Assembly: GCF_000196355.1 (NCBI RefSeq)
Contig: NC_007614.1
Span: forward strand, 870,001-902,000
Reading direction: 5' to 3'
Length of the DNA stretch: 32,000 nucleotides
Origin: Nitrosospira multiformis ATCC 25196
GTDB lineage: Bacteria; Pseudomonadota; Gammaproteobacteria; Burkholderiales; Nitrosomonadaceae
A program made the position numbers and the translations under genes. Positions 8,895-20,741 of the stretch are shown piece by piece (within the stretch, counting starts at the first letter, position 1; the number at the start of each line of letters is the position of its first letter). The notes under the pieces are model-generated. The model was not told the DNA's origin. It worked only from the letters and a program-made list of their open reading frames with translations, and searched no databases.

Positions 8895-9054
8895 CGCTGG
8901 GGTATTGGCATGGCAGGCGAAGTGGATTCGCCAATTTATTGCTCAGTTTGTTGTTGAGTGAGCCATTGTCCGAGACTTAATCTGCATGGTGAAGGGTCTA
9001 TACCCGGTTTTCTGTGCCGGGTTGCATTTCCCATATTTCCCCGGCTACCCAGCG
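8895..9054 (+). promoter_or_regulatory. Candidate structured rplJ leader (L10-leader-like)
   Basis: Closing stem CGCTGGG (8895-8901) pairs with CCCAGCG (9048-9054). It encloses hairpins GGCGAA/TTCGCC (8916-8932), GCTCA/TGAGC (8941-8963) and ACCCGG/CCGGGT (9002-9022). It sits in the 423-bp rplA-rplJ gap, where L10(L12) autoregulatory leaders are known. Confidence 0.55.
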
Positions 9055-9228
9055 CAGATGGCGTGCCCAGAAACAGGAAAAGATTCCACTCCTGATTTAA
9101 GGTCGCCGGTTTCGCGGTGTGAGATCAGGTATGAAGGAGGGGGTCAGAATCCCGGGTCAACCCGAGGTTAAGCCTCCCAAGCCAGCATACCACACTTATT
9201 GCCGCATTTTAACTGATGGAGAAGTACC

Positions 9229-9753
9229 TTGAGTCTAAATTTAGATGAGAAAAAAGCGGTGGTCGCTGAAGTCAGCGCGCAGGTAGCCAAAGCGCAGGCC
9301 ATCATCATCGCGGAGTACCGCGGACTTGGGGTCGGCCACATGACGCAGCTGCGGGCGAAGGCGCGGCAGTCGGGGATATATTTCCGGGTGCTTAAAAATT
9401 CGCTGGCCCGCAGAGCGGTTTCGGACACCCCGTTTTCCGGATTGTCCGAGCATATGGTCGGGCCTCTCGCTTATGGCATCGGTAGCGATCCGGTTGCGGC
9501 TGCGAAGGTGCTGCACGAGTTTTCGAAGGGTAACGACAAACTCGTGATCAAGGCTGGCGCCATGGCGAATCATGTCATTTCCAGCAGTGAGATTGCCAGT
9601 CTGGCCTCTCTGCCAAGCCGCGAGGAGCTTCTTGCCAAGCTGCTGGGCACGATGCAGGCGCCCGTGGCCAATTTTGTGCGGACCTTGAATGAAGTTCCCG
9701 CGCGTTTTGTTCGTGGCCTCGCCGCTGTTCGCGACCAGAAAGAAAGCGCTTGA
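9229..9753 (+). CDS. rplJ: 50S ribosomal protein L10
   Basis: 174 aa with TTG start. [71 protein letters not shown] is 5' of the start. Confidence 0.97.
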   Translation: MSLNLDEKKAVVAEVSAQVAKAQAIIIAEYRGLGVGHMTQLRAKARQSGIYFRVLKNSLARRAVSDTPFSGLSEHMVGPLAYGIGSDPVAAAKVLHEFSKGNDKLVIKAGAMANHVISSSEIASLASLPSREELLAKLLGTMQAPVANFVRTLNEVPARFVRGLAAVRDQKESA

Positions 9754-9831
9754 TCCGGGACCCAATCACTTTGGGTCACTTTGGGATCGTTACACCATCA
9801 TAGTTATTGGATTAATTATCAGGAGAAAATC

Positions 9832-10212
9832 ATGGCTATAGCCAAAGCAGAAATTTTGGATGCGATTGCAAATATGACTGTGCTGGAGCTTTCCCAGCTC
9901 ATCAAGGAAATGGAAGAGAAGTTTGGTGTTTCCGCTGCCGCTGCCGCGGTTGTGGCAGCAGCGCCTGCAGCAGGCGCCGCTGCAGCCCCCGCAGAGGAAC
10001 AAACTGAATTTACCGTGATGCTGACTGCGGTGGGTGAAAGCAAGGTAAATGTGATCAAGGTGGTGCGTGCCGTTACCGGTCTTGGCTTGAAAGAAGCAAA
10101 AGATCTGGTGGACGGAGCCCCCAAGCCAGTGAAGGAAGGTATTGCCAAAGCGGATGCGGAAGCCATCCAGAAGCAGCTTGCTGAAGCCGGCGCTACTGCT
10201 GAAATCAAATAA
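9832..10212 (+). CDS. rplL: 50S ribosomal protein L7/L12
   Basis: ORF 9781..10212, with start ATG at 9832 after [43 protein letters not shown]...[32 protein letters not shown]. Confidence 0.98.
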   Translation: MAIAKAEILDAIANMTVLELSQLIKEMEEKFGVSAAAAAVVAAAPAAGAAAAPAEEQTEFTVMLTAVGESKVNVIKVVRAVTGLGLKEAKDLVDGAPKPVKEGIAKADAEAIQKQLAEAGATAEIK

Positions 10213-10232
10213 AAGAAAAACAGTAAGAAAAG

Positions 10233-10271
10233 CCGGCGGCATTACCCATGCCGCCGGTTCTGGCGTTTTTT
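10233..10271 (+). terminator. Hairpin between rplL and rpoB (candidate attenuator/partial terminator)
   Basis: Perfect 10-bp stem CCGGCGGCAT-TACCC-ATGCCGCCGG (10233-10257), then TTCTGGCG and TTTTTT (10266-10271). Confidence 0.65.
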
Positions 10272-10379
10272 GAATTTTGATGGCGTGTTTTGTGCGGCAG
10301 AACACCAAGCGCGCTGGCCAAAACAAGTACCCTGTTCTCTATTTTCTGTCAATCCATCTTCTGATCTTCCGGAGATTCC

Positions 10380-13300
10380 ATGAGTTATTCGTTTACCGAG
10401 AAAAAACGTATTCGTAAAAGTTTCGCCAAGCGTGCAAGCGTCTTGCCGATTCCCTTTCTTCTCGCTACGCAAATCGAATCTTACGCTGCTTTCCTGCAAG
10501 CCAACCTCGAACCTGACCAACGCGCTCCGGAGGGGTTGCAAGCCGCCTTCCTGTCGATCTTTCCGATCGAGAGTCATTCCAGGAATGCACGCCTCGATTT
10601 TGTCAATTACGTACTCGGTGCGCCTCCTTTCGATGTGAAGGAGTGTCAACAACGCGGCCTTACCTATGCTTCTCCCCTGCGGGCGAAGGTGCGCTTGACC
10701 ATTATGGATAAGGAGGCGTCCAAGCCGACTGTCAGGGAAGTGAAGGAGCAGGAGGTTTACATGGGCGAGATTCCGCTCATGACGAATACCGGCTCGTTTG
10801 TGATTAACGGCACCGAGCGCGTGATCGTGTCCCAGTTGCATCGTTCGCCCGGGGTATTTTTCGAGCATGACCGGGGTAAAACGCATTCATCCGGTAAATT
10901 GCTTTTTTCCGCACGTATCATTCCCTACCGCGGTTCCTGGCTTGATTTTGAGTTTGATCCCAAGGATTATCTCTATTTTCGGGTCGACAGGCGTCGCAAA
11001 ATGCCTATTACCGTGCTGCTGAAGGCCATTGGATACACACCCGAGCAGATCCTGGAGAATTTCTTTTCTTTTGACTCTTTCCATATCTCGCGGAAAAGTA
11101 TTCTTTTTGAACTGTTGCCGGAGCGTTTGCGGGGGGATACCGCGCGCTTCGATATCCTGTCGAAAAGCGGCAAGGTCATCGTCCAGAAGGACAAGCGCAT
11201 TACTGTGAAGCATGTGCGCGAAATGCAGCAGGCCGGCATAGACAGGCTTGAGGTGCCGGAAGATTTCCTGTTGGGGCGGGTGTTGGGCCACAACGTAGTG
11301 GATAAGGAAACGGGAGAAATTCTCGCCCTTGCCAATGATGAAATTACGGAAACCTTGCTTGGCAAGCTGCGGGATGCCAATGTAGAAGAGATCCGTACGA
11401 TTTATACCAATGATCTCGATCAGGGCGCATATATATCGCAAACGCTCAAGATAGACGAAACCGCAGATGAGATGGCCGCGCAGGTTGCTATTTACCGTAT
11501 GATGCGCCCGGGTGAACCTCCTACCGAGGAGGCAGTCAAAGCGCTCTTCATCGGATTGTTCTATGCCCCCGAACGCTATGACCTCTCAGTGGTAGGGCGA
11601 ATGAAATTCAACCGCCGGGTCGGTAAGACAGAGTTGGATGGCCCGACCACGCTATCCAACGAAGATATTATTGCAGTGATCAGAATTCTGGTGGAACTCC
11701 GTAACGGGCGTGGGGAGATTGATGATATCGATCACTTGGGTAACCGTCGGGTACGCTCCGTGGGTGAATTGGCAGAAAACCAGTTTCGCTCTGGCCTGGT
11801 GAGGGTCGAAAGAGCAGTAAAAGAGCGTCTGAGCCAAGCCGAATCAGAGAATCTGATGCCGCATGACCTGATCAATGCCAAGCCGGTATCCGCTGCGGTG
11901 CGTGAGTTCTTCGGTTCCAGTCAGTTATCGCAGTTCATGGACCAGACCAATCCGCTCTCTGAAATCACTCATAAACGTCGCGTGTCCGCGCTGGGGCCGG
12001 GTGGCCTCACGCGCGAGAGAGCGGGGTTTGAGGTACGTGACGTACACCCGACCCACTATGGGCGGGTATGTCCGATCGAAACGCCAGAAGGCCCCAACAT
12101 TGGTTTGATCAACTCGCTGGCGTTATATGCCCAGACCAATGAATACGGTTTCATGGAAACGCCTTATCGCAAGGTAACAGACGGTCTGGTCACTGACGAG
12201 ATTCATTTTCTTTCAGCCATTGAGGAGGGGCAGTATGTAATTGCCCAGGCAAACGCCGAACTGGATGGAGATGGCAGATTCACCAATGACATCGTTTCCT
12301 GCCGCCATAAGAACGAGTTTACTCTGGCGACCCCCGACCGGATTGAATACATGGACGTGGCGCCTGCCCAGATTGTCTCGGTGGCAGCCTCGCTGATTCC
12401 CTTCCTGGAGCATGATGACGCCAACCGGGCATTGATGGGTTCCAACATGCAGCGGCAGGCGGTGCCTTGTCTGCGCGCCGAGAAACCTCTGGTCGGAACG
12501 GGCATCGAGCGCGTCGTTGCCGTCGACTCCGGCACCGCGGTAAAGGCGGTGCGGGGCGGCGTGGTGGATTATGTTGACGCAAGCCGTATTGTGGTGCGGG
12601 TGCACGACATCGAGACGCGTGCGGGTGAAGTGGGCGTAGACATCTACAACCTCACAAAATATACGCGTTCAAACCAGAACACCAATATCAATCAGCGGCC
12701 ACTGGTGAAGGTGGGTGATGTGATCGCGCGCGGGGACGTGGTGGCGGACGGCGCTTCCACCGACAAGGGGGAACTCGCGCTGGGACAGAACATGCTGGTC
12801 GCGTTTATGCCGTGGACCGGTTACAACTTCGAGGATTCCATTCTCATTTCCGAGCGTATCGTGGCGAATGACCGCTTTACCTCCATTCATATCGAAGAAT
12901 TATCGGTGGTAAGCCGCGATACCAAGCTTGGAACCGAAGAAATTACCGGGGATATTTCAAACCTGTCGGAGGCGCAGCTAGGCCGTCTGGATGCTTCGGG
13001 CATCGTGCATATCGGCGCCGAGGTGGAAGCTGGTGATGTGCTGGTGGGCAAGGTGACGCCCAAGGGGGAAACCCAGCTTACGCCGGAAGAAAAACTGCTG
13101 CGTGCAATTTTTGGCGAGAAAGCTTCCGATGTGAAGGATACTTCCCTGCGAGTGCCATCCGGCATCTCCGGAACGGTGATCGATGTACAGGTCTTCACCC
13201 GGGAAGGCATTGAACGGGACAAGCGGGCGCAGCAAATCATTGACGATGAGCTGAAGCGGTATAAGAAAGATCTGGCCGATCAGATGCGGATCGTGGAGGC

Positions 13301-14453
13301 TGACGCATTTGTCCGGATCGAGCGCCTGCTCATCGGCAAGATTGCCACAGGCGGTCCCAAAAAGCTCGCCAAAGGTGCGACCCTCACCAAGGAATATCTG
13401 GAAAGCATTGACCCGCACCATTGGTTCGACATACGGCTGGCAGATGAAGGGGCGAGTGTACAGCTCGAACAGATTGAAGAGGGCTTGGCGCAAAAACGCA
13501 AGGCATTCGATGCAGCCTTCGAGGAAAAGAAAAAGAAGCTCACCCAAGGCGATGAGTTGCCTCCAGGCGTGCAGAAAATGGTCAAGGTATACGTCGCCGT
13601 GAAGCGTCGCCTTCAGCCGGGAGACAAAATGGCCGGCCGTCACGGCAATAAGGGGGTCATTTCGAAGATCGTGCCAGTGGAGGATATGCCTTATATGGCC
13701 GATGGCACTCCCGTGGATGTGGTGCTGAATCCGTTGGGCGTGCCGTCCCGCATGAACGTGGGGCAGATCCTGGAGACACATCTCGGCTGGGCGGCTAAAG
13801 GTCTGGGCCAGAAGATTGGTGATATGCTGCGTGCGGGCAAAGAGATCGTCGAGCTGCGAGCCTTTCTTGACAAGATATATAACACCAGTGGAAAACCGGA
13901 AGATATCGCCTCCTTGACCGACGGGGAGATCGCGGATCTGGCACAAAATCTCCAGGATGGAGTGCCCTTCGCCACACCGGTATTTGATGGCGCCACGGAG
14001 CAGGAAATCAAGGACATGCTTGAACTTGCCGGTTTACCGCGTTCAGGACAGGTGACCCTTCATGATGGCCGTACCGGGGAGGCCTTCGATCGTCCGGTTA
14101 CCGTCGGTTACATGCATGTGCTGAAGCTGCACCACCTGGTGGACGACAAGATGCACGCCCGTTCAACCGGTCCTTACAGCCTGGTTACCCAGCAGCCGCT
14201 CGGAGGCAAAGCCCAGTTCGGGGGCCAGCGTTTCGGAGAAATGGAGGTGTGGGCGCTCGAAGCGTACGGATCCGCCTATACGCTGCAGGAAATGCTGACA
14301 GTCAAATCGGACGATGTGAACGGGCGCACGAAAGTATACGAGAGCATTGTGAAGGGCGACCACAAGATCGATGCAGGCATGCCGGAATCCTTCAACGTGC
14401 TGGTGAAGGAAATCCGGTCCCTGGCCATGGATATCGACCTGGAGCGGCATTAG
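10380..14453 (+). CDS. rpoB: DNA-directed RNA polymerase subunit beta
   Basis: 1357 aa ORF with [66 protein letters not shown] and a C-terminal [18 protein letters not shown]. Confidence 0.99.
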   Translation: MSYSFTEKKRIRKSFAKRASVLPIPFLLATQIESYAAFLQANLEPDQRAPEGLQAAFLSIFPIESHSRNARLDFVNYVLGAPPFDVKECQQRGLTYASPLRAKVRLTIMDKEASKPTVREVKEQEVYMGEIPLMTNTGSFVINGTERVIVSQLHRSPGVFFEHDRGKTHSSGKLLFSARIIPYRGSWLDFEFDPKDYLYFRVDRRRKMPITVLLKAIGYTPEQILENFFSFDSFHISRKSILFELLPERLRGDTARFDILSKSGKVIVQKDKRITVKHVREMQQAGIDRLEVPEDFLLGRVLGHNVVDKETGEILALANDEITETLLGKLRDANVEEIRTIYTNDLDQGAYISQTLKIDETADEMAAQVAIYRMMRPGEPPTEEAVKALFIGLFYAPERYDLSVVGRMKFNRRVGKTELDGPTTLSNEDIIAVIRILVELRNGRGEIDDIDHLGNRRVRSVGELAENQFRSGLVRVERAVKERLSQAESENLMPHDLINAKPVSAAVREFFGSSQLSQFMDQTNPLSEITHKRRVSALGPGGLTRERAGFEVRDVHPTHYGRVCPIETPEGPNIGLINSLALYAQTNEYGFMETPYRKVTDGLVTDEIHFLSAIEEGQYVIAQANAELDGDGRFTNDIVSCRHKNEFTLATPDRIEYMDVAPAQIVSVAASLIPFLEHDDANRALMGSNMQRQAVPCLRAEKPLVGTGIERVVAVDSGTAVKAVRGGVVDYVDASRIVVRVHDIETRAGEVGVDIYNLTKYTRSNQNTNINQRPLVKVGDVIARGDVVADGASTDKGELALGQNMLVAFMPWTGYNFEDSILISERIVANDRFTSIHIEELSVVSRDTKLGTEEITGDISNLSEAQLGRLDASGIVHIGAEVEAGDVLVGKVTPKGETQLTPEEKLLRAIFGEKASDVKDTSLRVPSGISGTVIDVQVFTREGIERDKRAQQIIDDELKRYKKDLADQMRIVEADAFVRIERLLIGKIATGGPKKLAKGATLTKEYLESIDPHHWFDIRLADEGASVQLEQIEEGLAQKRKAFDAAFEEKKKKLTQGDELPPGVQKMVKVYVAVKRRLQPGDKMAGRHGNKGVISKIVPVEDMPYMADGTPVDVVLNPLGVPSRMNVGQILETHLGWAAKGLGQKIGDMLRAGKEIVELRAFLDKIYNTSGKPEDIASLTDGEIADLAQNLQDGVPFATPVFDGATEQEIKDMLELAGLPRSGQVTLHDGRTGEAFDRPVTVGYMHVLKLHHLVDDKMHARSTGPYSLVTQQPLGGKAQFGGQRFGEMEVWALEAYGSAYTLQEMLTVKSDDVNGRTKVYESIVKGDHKIDAGMPESFNVLVKEIRSLAMDIDLERH

Positions 14454-14560
14454 CAGTTTTTGTTTGGGGGTACGAGAATCAGATACCTTTTTGCTGCTTT
14501 TGCCTTTGCTTTTTCACCGGATAATTTTTTGCATAGACCCCTGATCAACAGGAGTGACAA

Positions 14561-17500
14561 ATGAAAGCACTGCTTGATTTATTCAAACAGGTTACCCAGA
14601 AAGAAGAGTTCGATTCTATCAAGATCGGGCTGGCTTCTCCCGAGAAAATACGTTCCTGGTCCTATGGTGAGGTGAAGAAGCCGGAAACCATCAATTATCG
14701 TACGTTCAAGCCCGAGCGAGACGGCTTGTTCTGCGCAAAAATCTTCGGTCCCGTAAAGGATTACGAGTGTCTTTGCGGGAAATACAAGCGTTTGAAGCAT
14801 CGCGGCGTGATCTGCGAGAAATGCGGTGTCGAGGTCACGTTATCCAAAGTGCGGCGCGAACGCATGGGCCATATCGAACTGGCATCCCCGGTGGCGCACA
14901 TCTGGTTCCTGAAATCATTGCCATCCCGATTGGGGATGGTGCTGGATATGACTTTGCGCGACATAGAGCGGGTGCTCTATTTCGAGGCGTATGTAGTAAC
15001 GGATCCGGGACTGACGCCTCTCCAGCGATGCCAGTTGCTGACGGATGACGATTACAGGGCCAAAACCGAAGAATACGGGGATGATTTCCGCGCCAGCATG
15101 GGTGCGGAAGGTATTCGTGATCTATTGAATACCCTGAATATTCGTGTGGAAATCGATGATCTTCGCCGCGAAATGGGAACGACCGGCTCCGAAACGAAGA
15201 TGAAGAAGATTTCCAAGCGTCTGAAAGTGTTGGAGGCATTCAGCAAATCCGGTATCAAACCGGAGTGGATGATCCTGGCCGTGCTGCCCGTACTGCCCCC
15301 CGAACTGCGCCCACTGGTGCCGCTGGATGGAGGACGTTTTGCAACTTCCGATCTCAACGATTTGTATCGCCGCGTCATCAACCGCAATAACCGGTTGAAA
15401 CGCTTGCTCGAACTGAAGGCACCGGAAATTATTGTGCGCAACGAGAAGCGCATGCTGCAGGAAGCAGTGGATTCACTACTGGATAACGGCCGTCGTGGTA
15501 AAGCCATGACGGGCGCCAACAAACGCCCGTTGAAATCGCTTGCGGATATGATCAAGGGCAAGGGCGGGCGTTTTCGCCAGAACCTGCTTGGAAAACGCGT
15601 GGATTATTCCGGACGGTCGGTCATCGTGGTGGGACCGCAGCTCAAGCTGCACCAGTGCGGTTTACCCAAGAAAATGGCCCTGGAATTATTCAAACCCTTT
15701 ATCTTCAACAAGCTGGAGATAATGGGTATCGCCAGCACCATAAAGGCTGCGAAACGTGAGGTCGAAAACGAAAGTCCGATCGTGTGGGACATTCTGGAAG
15801 ATGTCATTCGCGAGCACCCTGTAATGCTGAACCGGGCGCCAACTCTGCACCGGCTGGGTATTCAGGCGTTTGAGCCGGTCCTGATAGAAGGCAAAGCTAT
15901 CCAACTGCATCCGTTGGTATGCGCCGCATTCAATGCGGACTTTGACGGCGACCAGATGGCAGTCCATGTACCGCTTTCGCTGGAAGCGCAAATGGAGTGC
16001 CGCACGCTGATGATGTCGACCAACAACGTCTTGTCGCCCGCTAACGGCGAACCTATTATCGTGCCGTCACAGGACATCGTGCTGGGACTGTACTACACCA
16101 CGCGCGAGAAGGTTAATGCGCGGGGCGAGGGTATGTATTTCGCCAATATCAGCGAAGTTTCCCGTGCCTACGAGAATCGCGTTATCGAGCTGAATGCCCG
16201 GATTTTCGTAAGGATCCGCGAATACGAGCTTGCGGACGGAGAGCGGCGCGAGAAGATCACGCGTTATGAAACCACGGTAGGACGCGCATTATTGTCGGAG
16301 ATTCTCCCTGCCGGGCTGCCTTTCCCGCTGATCAACAAGGTACTCAAGAAAAAAGAAATCTCCAAGCTCATCAATGCAAGCTTCCGTCGTTGTGGCCTGC
16401 GCGAAACCGTGATTTTTGCCGATAAGCTGATGTATGCCGGTTTCAGCTATGCGACTCGGGCTGGGATTTCGATTTGCCTGGATGATATGCTTACCCCCGC
16501 GCAGAAGGATGCGATCATCAGTGCCTCCGAGAAGGAAGTGCAGGAGATCGAGCTTCAGTATACGTCCGGTCTTGTCACCCAGGGCGAACGTTACAACAAG
16601 GTCGTGGACATATGGGGCCGCGCAGGCGACCAGGTTGCCAAGGCGATGATGGATCAGCTCGGGGTCGAGCCGATCATCGATCCGGAAACCGGAACTGCTA
16701 AAACGGGCGAGTCAGGAAAACCCTTGATTCAGGAATCGTTCAATTCCATCTATATGATGGCGGATTCGGGGGCCCGCGGTTCTGCTGCCCAGATCCGTCA
16801 GTTGGCAGGTATGCGCGGGCTGATGGCCAAGCCGGATGGGTCAATCATCGAGACGCCCATCACGGCTAATTTCCGCGAGGGATTGAACGTTCTGCAGTAC
16901 TTTATTTCCACTCACGGTGCGCGCAAGGGTCTGGCCGATACGGCGCTGAAGACGGCCAATTCAGGCTATCTTACCCGCCGGCTTGTCGATGTGACGCAGG
17001 ATCTGGTTGTAACCCAGGAGGACTGTGGCACCAGCAACGGCGTGGTGATGAAGGCATTGGTCGAAGGTGGCGAAGTCATCGAAGCGTTGCGCGAGCGCAT
17101 TCTCGGCCGTGTGGTGGCCAACGATATTATCAATCCCGAGCATCAGGCGGTGATTTATCCGGCAGGTATGCTGTTGGATGAAAATGCAGTGGATACCATC
17201 GAGATGCTGGGTATAGATGAAGTGAAGGTTCGCACTCCGCTTACCTGTGAAACCCGCTATGGTCTATGTGCCAAATGTTATGGACGCGATCTGGGGCGCG
17301 GTACGCCGGTCAATGTTGGCGAAGCGGTGGGAGTGATCGCTGCCCAGTCGATCGGGGAGCCGGGTACCCAATTGACCATGCGTACTTTCCATATCGGGGG
17401 GGCGGCTTCCCGAACTGCGGTCGCAAGCCAGGTCGAGAGCAAATCCAACGGTATCGTGCGGTATTCACCGACTATGCGCTATGTGACCAATGCACGTAAC

Positions 17501-18787
17501 GAATTGATCGCGATTTCCCGCAGCGGCGAAGTCGTGATTCAGGATGATAACGGGCGTGAGCGGGAACGGCACAAGGCGCCGTACGGTGCGACCTTGCTGA
17601 TTCGTGACGGAGAAGTCGTGAAAGCGGGACAGGTACTGGCGGCATGGGATCCGCATACGCGTCCAATCATCACTGAATACTCTGGCAAGGTCCGCTTCGA
17701 GAACGTGGAAGAAGGTGTGACGGTGGCCAAGCAGATAGATGAGGTTACCGGTTTGTCCACGCTGGTGGTGATCGATCCGAAGCGCCGGGGAGTGGTGCAA
17801 ACGAAGGGATTGCGTCCGGTGGTGAAACTTCTGGATGAAGAGGGCAAGGAAGTGCGGCTGGCTGGCAGTAATTTGCCGGTTCACATCACCTTCCAGGTAG
17901 GCTCCATCATCACTGTTCGGGACGGGCAGCAGGTCAGCGTGGGTGAGGTTCTCGCGCGTATTCCACAGGAAAGCTCGAAAACGCGGGACATTACCGGTGG
18001 CTTGCCGCGCGTTGCGGAATTGTTTGAAGCGCGTTCCCCTAAGGATGCGGGCGTACTGGCAGAAGTTACCGGAATCGTATCCTTCGGCAAGGATACCAAG
18101 GGCAAGCAACGGCTGGTCATTACCGATCTGGATGGAGTGTCGCACGAATATCTGATTCCAAAGGACAAGCACGTGACTGCCCATGATGGGCAGGTGGTGA
18201 ACAAAGGAGAAAGTATCGTCGACGGCCCTGCTGATCCACATGATATTCTCCGTCTGCTGGGGGTGGAAGCGCTGGCGCGCTATATCACTGACGAGGTGCA
18301 GGATGTGTATCGCCTGCAGGGCGTCAAGATCAACGACAAGCACATCGAGGTGATAGTGCGTCAGATGCTGCGCCGTGTGCAGATCGTGGATTCCGGCGAT
18401 ACGCGCTTCATTCCGGGCGAACAGGTTGAACGCGCCGAAATGCTTGCGGAAAACGAACAGGTTGAACTAGAGGGCAAGAGGCCGGCAACCTATGAATATA
18501 TGCTGCTGGGGATCACCAAGGCTTCGCTGTCAACCGACTCGTTCATTTCGGCGGCATCGTTCCAGGAGACTACACGGGTGCTGACCGAAGCGGCTATCAT
18601 GGGCAAGAAGGATGATCTGCGCGGGCTGAAAGAAAACGTTATTGTGGGACGCCTTATTCCCGCAGGTACGGGTTTGACCTTTCACAATACGCGCAAGAGG
18701 CAGCGCCTCATGCTGGATACCGGGGAAGCACCTCCTTTGAGTGAGGAAGAGACAGGAGAAATTAGAAACAGTGGATACGCTGTCTGA
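14561..18787 (+). CDS. rpoC: DNA-directed RNA polymerase subunit beta'
   Basis: 1408 aa ORF with zinc motif [23 protein letters not shown], active-site [12 protein letters not shown] and [21 protein letters not shown]. Confidence 0.99.
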   Translation: MKALLDLFKQVTQKEEFDSIKIGLASPEKIRSWSYGEVKKPETINYRTFKPERDGLFCAKIFGPVKDYECLCGKYKRLKHRGVICEKCGVEVTLSKVRRERMGHIELASPVAHIWFLKSLPSRLGMVLDMTLRDIERVLYFEAYVVTDPGLTPLQRCQLLTDDDYRAKTEEYGDDFRASMGAEGIRDLLNTLNIRVEIDDLRREMGTTGSETKMKKISKRLKVLEAFSKSGIKPEWMILAVLPVLPPELRPLVPLDGGRFATSDLNDLYRRVINRNNRLKRLLELKAPEIIVRNEKRMLQEAVDSLLDNGRRGKAMTGANKRPLKSLADMIKGKGGRFRQNLLGKRVDYSGRSVIVVGPQLKLHQCGLPKKMALELFKPFIFNKLEIMGIASTIKAAKREVENESPIVWDILEDVIREHPVMLNRAPTLHRLGIQAFEPVLIEGKAIQLHPLVCAAFNADFDGDQMAVHVPLSLEAQMECRTLMMSTNNVLSPANGEPIIVPSQDIVLGLYYTTREKVNARGEGMYFANISEVSRAYENRVIELNARIFVRIREYELADGERREKITRYETTVGRALLSEILPAGLPFPLINKVLKKKEISKLINASFRRCGLRETVIFADKLMYAGFSYATRAGISICLDDMLTPAQKDAIISASEKEVQEIELQYTSGLVTQGERYNKVVDIWGRAGDQVAKAMMDQLGVEPIIDPETGTAKTGESGKPLIQESFNSIYMMADSGARGSAAQIRQLAGMRGLMAKPDGSIIETPITANFREGLNVLQYFISTHGARKGLADTALKTANSGYLTRRLVDVTQDLVVTQEDCGTSNGVVMKALVEGGEVIEALRERILGRVVANDIINPEHQAVIYPAGMLLDENAVDTIEMLGIDEVKVRTPLTCETRYGLCAKCYGRDLGRGTPVNVGEAVGVIAAQSIGEPGTQLTMRTFHIGGAASRTAVASQVESKSNGIVRYSPTMRYVTNARNELIAISRSGEVVIQDDNGRERERHKAPYGATLLIRDGEVVKAGQVLAAWDPHTRPIITEYSGKVRFENVEEGVTVAKQIDEVTGLSTLVVIDPKRRGVVQTKGLRPVVKLLDEEGKEVRLAGSNLPVHITFQVGSIITVRDGQQVSVGEVLARIPQESSKTRDITGGLPRVAELFEARSPKDAGVLAEVTGIVSFGKDTKGKQRLVITDLDGVSHEYLIPKDKHVTAHDGQVVNKGESIVDGPADPHDILRLLGVEALARYITDEVQDVYRLQGVKINDKHIEVIVRQMLRRVQIVDSGDTRFIPGEQVERAEMLAENEQVELEGKRPATYEYMLLGITKASLSTDSFISAASFQETTRVLTEAAIMGKKDDLRGLKENVIVGRLIPAGTGLTFHNTRKRQRLMLDTGEAPPLSEEETGEIRNSGYAV

Positions 18788-18876
18788 AAACAGGCGGGGA
18801 AAGGGAAGCTTGCGAGCCTCATCCTGCTCCCCGGCAATGTTGGCATTTAACCTCGGGTGTCTGACGGACTCGAATC

Positions 18877-20286
18877 ATGCCCATCGATATTAATGCCATC
18901 ATTGCCGAAACTCGCGGCAAAAACTTCGAGCTTTACGAAGAGCATATAAATCCGGTCTTCGTCAAAGTACTGCGGACACTTGGATTCAACCGGACCTGGG
19001 TGAGAGGGGAGGGGGCTTATCTGTGGGATGAGGCAGGCACGCGCTATCTCGATTTTCTGACCAACTGGGGTGTATTCAATTTCGGGCGGCGGCATCCTGC
19101 TATCCGGAATGCACTGCAGCAGGTAATGGATTCCGAGTTTCCCGGATGGGTCGGTTTTGATGCTCCACCGCTTGCCGCGGTACTGGCGCGCGAACTGGTA
19201 AAGCGAATGCCACCAGGGCTGGATACCGTTTACTTCAGTAATTCCGGGACGGAAGCAATCGAAGCAGCAATCAAATTTGCACGTGGGTATACAGGTCGGC
19301 CCTCTACCGCGCATCTCGCCAAGGCATTTCACGGCTTGACCATGGGATCCTTGTCACTGAATGGGGAAGCAAGTTTTCGCAGGGGTTTTGAGCCAATGCT
19401 TCCCGGCAGTTCAGAAGTGAAAATGGGTGATCTGGCCGGACTGGAAGCGCGTCTGGCAAAGGGCGATGTCGCGGCCTTCGTCTTTGAGCCGATACAGGGT
19501 AAGGGTGTCAATATCGCCAGCGACGAGTATCTGCTGAGTGCACAGGAGTTGTGCCGAAAATACGGCACCTTGATGGTTTGCGATGAAATTCAATGTGGTA
19601 TGGGTCGCACTGGGCGTTTTCTGGCGAGTCAGTGGATTCCCGACTTCCGGCCAGACATCGTCTGTCTTTCCAAGGCGCTTTCCGGAGGCTATATTCCAGT
19701 CGGCGCGACGATTACCCGACGTGCCGTTTACGATAGTGTTTACGACAGTCTGCATCGTGCGATCGTTCACGCGTCCACTTTCGGGATGGGCAATATGGCG
19801 ATGGCCGCAGCTTTGGCTTCACTCAGCGTTCTGGACGATGAGAAGCTCATGGATCGGGCCATTGTACTCGGGGAGCGCTTCAGGAAAGGAATCGAGGCGA
19901 TGGTGCCGCGCTTTGAATTTCTCAAAGGGGTGCGGCAGCGCGGGCTCATGATTGCAATCGAGTTTGGTCAGCCGGAATCAATGTCGCTACGAGCCGCGTG
20001 GGCGATGGTCAACAAGATGGATGAAAACCTTTTTGCTCAGGCAATCGTTCTTCCGCTTCTTGACGATCATCACATTCTTACCCAGGTAGCAGGCCATGCT
20101 ATGCCTATTGTCAAAATTCTGCCGCCGCTGAATATTGACGAGAGCGATGTCGACTGGTTCCTCGCAGCCCTGGAGGATGTCATGATAAAATTGCACAAGT
20201 TCCCGGGCCCCGCCTGGGAAGTTTTGAAGAAGCTCGGCAATCATGCGCTGACTGCCAAAAAGCGCGAGGCGCGGGCAACGGCATGA
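18877..20286 (+). CDS. Class-III PLP-dependent aminotransferase family protein (specific substrate unknown)
   Basis: 469 aa with VYFSNSGTEAIEAAIKFARGYTGR, VFEPIQGKGV, LMVCDEIQCGMGRTGRFLA and the PLP-lysine region DIVCLSKALSGGYIPVGA. Confidence 0.9.
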   Translation: MPIDINAIIAETRGKNFELYEEHINPVFVKVLRTLGFNRTWVRGEGAYLWDEAGTRYLDFLTNWGVFNFGRRHPAIRNALQQVMDSEFPGWVGFDAPPLAAVLARELVKRMPPGLDTVYFSNSGTEAIEAAIKFARGYTGRPSTAHLAKAFHGLTMGSLSLNGEASFRRGFEPMLPGSSEVKMGDLAGLEARLAKGDVAAFVFEPIQGKGVNIASDEYLLSAQELCRKYGTLMVCDEIQCGMGRTGRFLASQWIPDFRPDIVCLSKALSGGYIPVGATITRRAVYDSVYDSLHRAIVHASTFGMGNMAMAAALASLSVLDDEKLMDRAIVLGERFRKGIEAMVPRFEFLKGVRQRGLMIAIEFGQPESMSLRAAWAMVNKMDENLFAQAIVLPLLDDHHILTQVAGHAMPIVKILPPLNIDESDVDWFLAALEDVMIKLHKFPGPAWEVLKKLGNHALTAKKREARATA

Positions 20287-20600
20287 GACGCCTGAGCAGG
20301 AGCACGAATCGGACTGTTTTTATCGGGTTTCCTTGTGTTGAAGTCCTGAACGGGTTTGCTGTATTCCCACATTTGATTGAGGTTGCCCAGGAGTTCACCG
20401 CAGTGCAATCCCCACCTCCGCACAGGTTGATTTCGACTCCGCCTTGTAATCTGTTTTTGTTTCAAAGTCTCTGATGGTTGTCGAGCAGGATTTTCCCGCT
20501 TGCGCCATTCGCCCCCGGTAAAAGTCACACGGGCAATGTTCATCACGGCAGATTCCCGGGATGAATCCTCTTTGCTTGTTGAAAACAAAAAGGCTTTAGC

Positions 20601-20629
20601 TTGACAGGGCAAGATAAAGTCCATAGAAT
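20601..20629 (+). promoter_or_regulatory. Near-consensus sigma70 promoter upstream of rpsL (str cluster): TTGACA-17 bp-TAGAAT
   Basis: TTGACA at 20601-20606 and TAGAAT at 20624-20629 with a 17-nt spacer, giving 11 of 12 consensus positions. Confidence 0.75.
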
Positions 20630-20741
20630 TCGCAGTTTTTTAGCCGCCGGCGGATCGACAGCGTGAGCGGCCGGATAGGAAAGTAAATTTATATTGGCAG
20701 CGGGACAGGTGAGTTGTCCTCCCGTTTTTCTGGAAAATAAA

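Noticed and set aside
8986-9171. 61-aa ORF MVKGLYPVFCAGLHFPYFPGYPAQ... in the rplA-rplJ gap
   Set aside because: It overlaps the structured leader. It has no recognisable domain and composition unlike the flanking genes, and is best explained as non-coding leader sequence.
12978-13946. 322-aa antisense ORF within rpoB (and 292 aa at 17465..18343 within rpoC)
   Set aside because: Long antisense frames are expected opposite biased codon usage in highly conserved genes. No RBS, promoter or domain support was seen.
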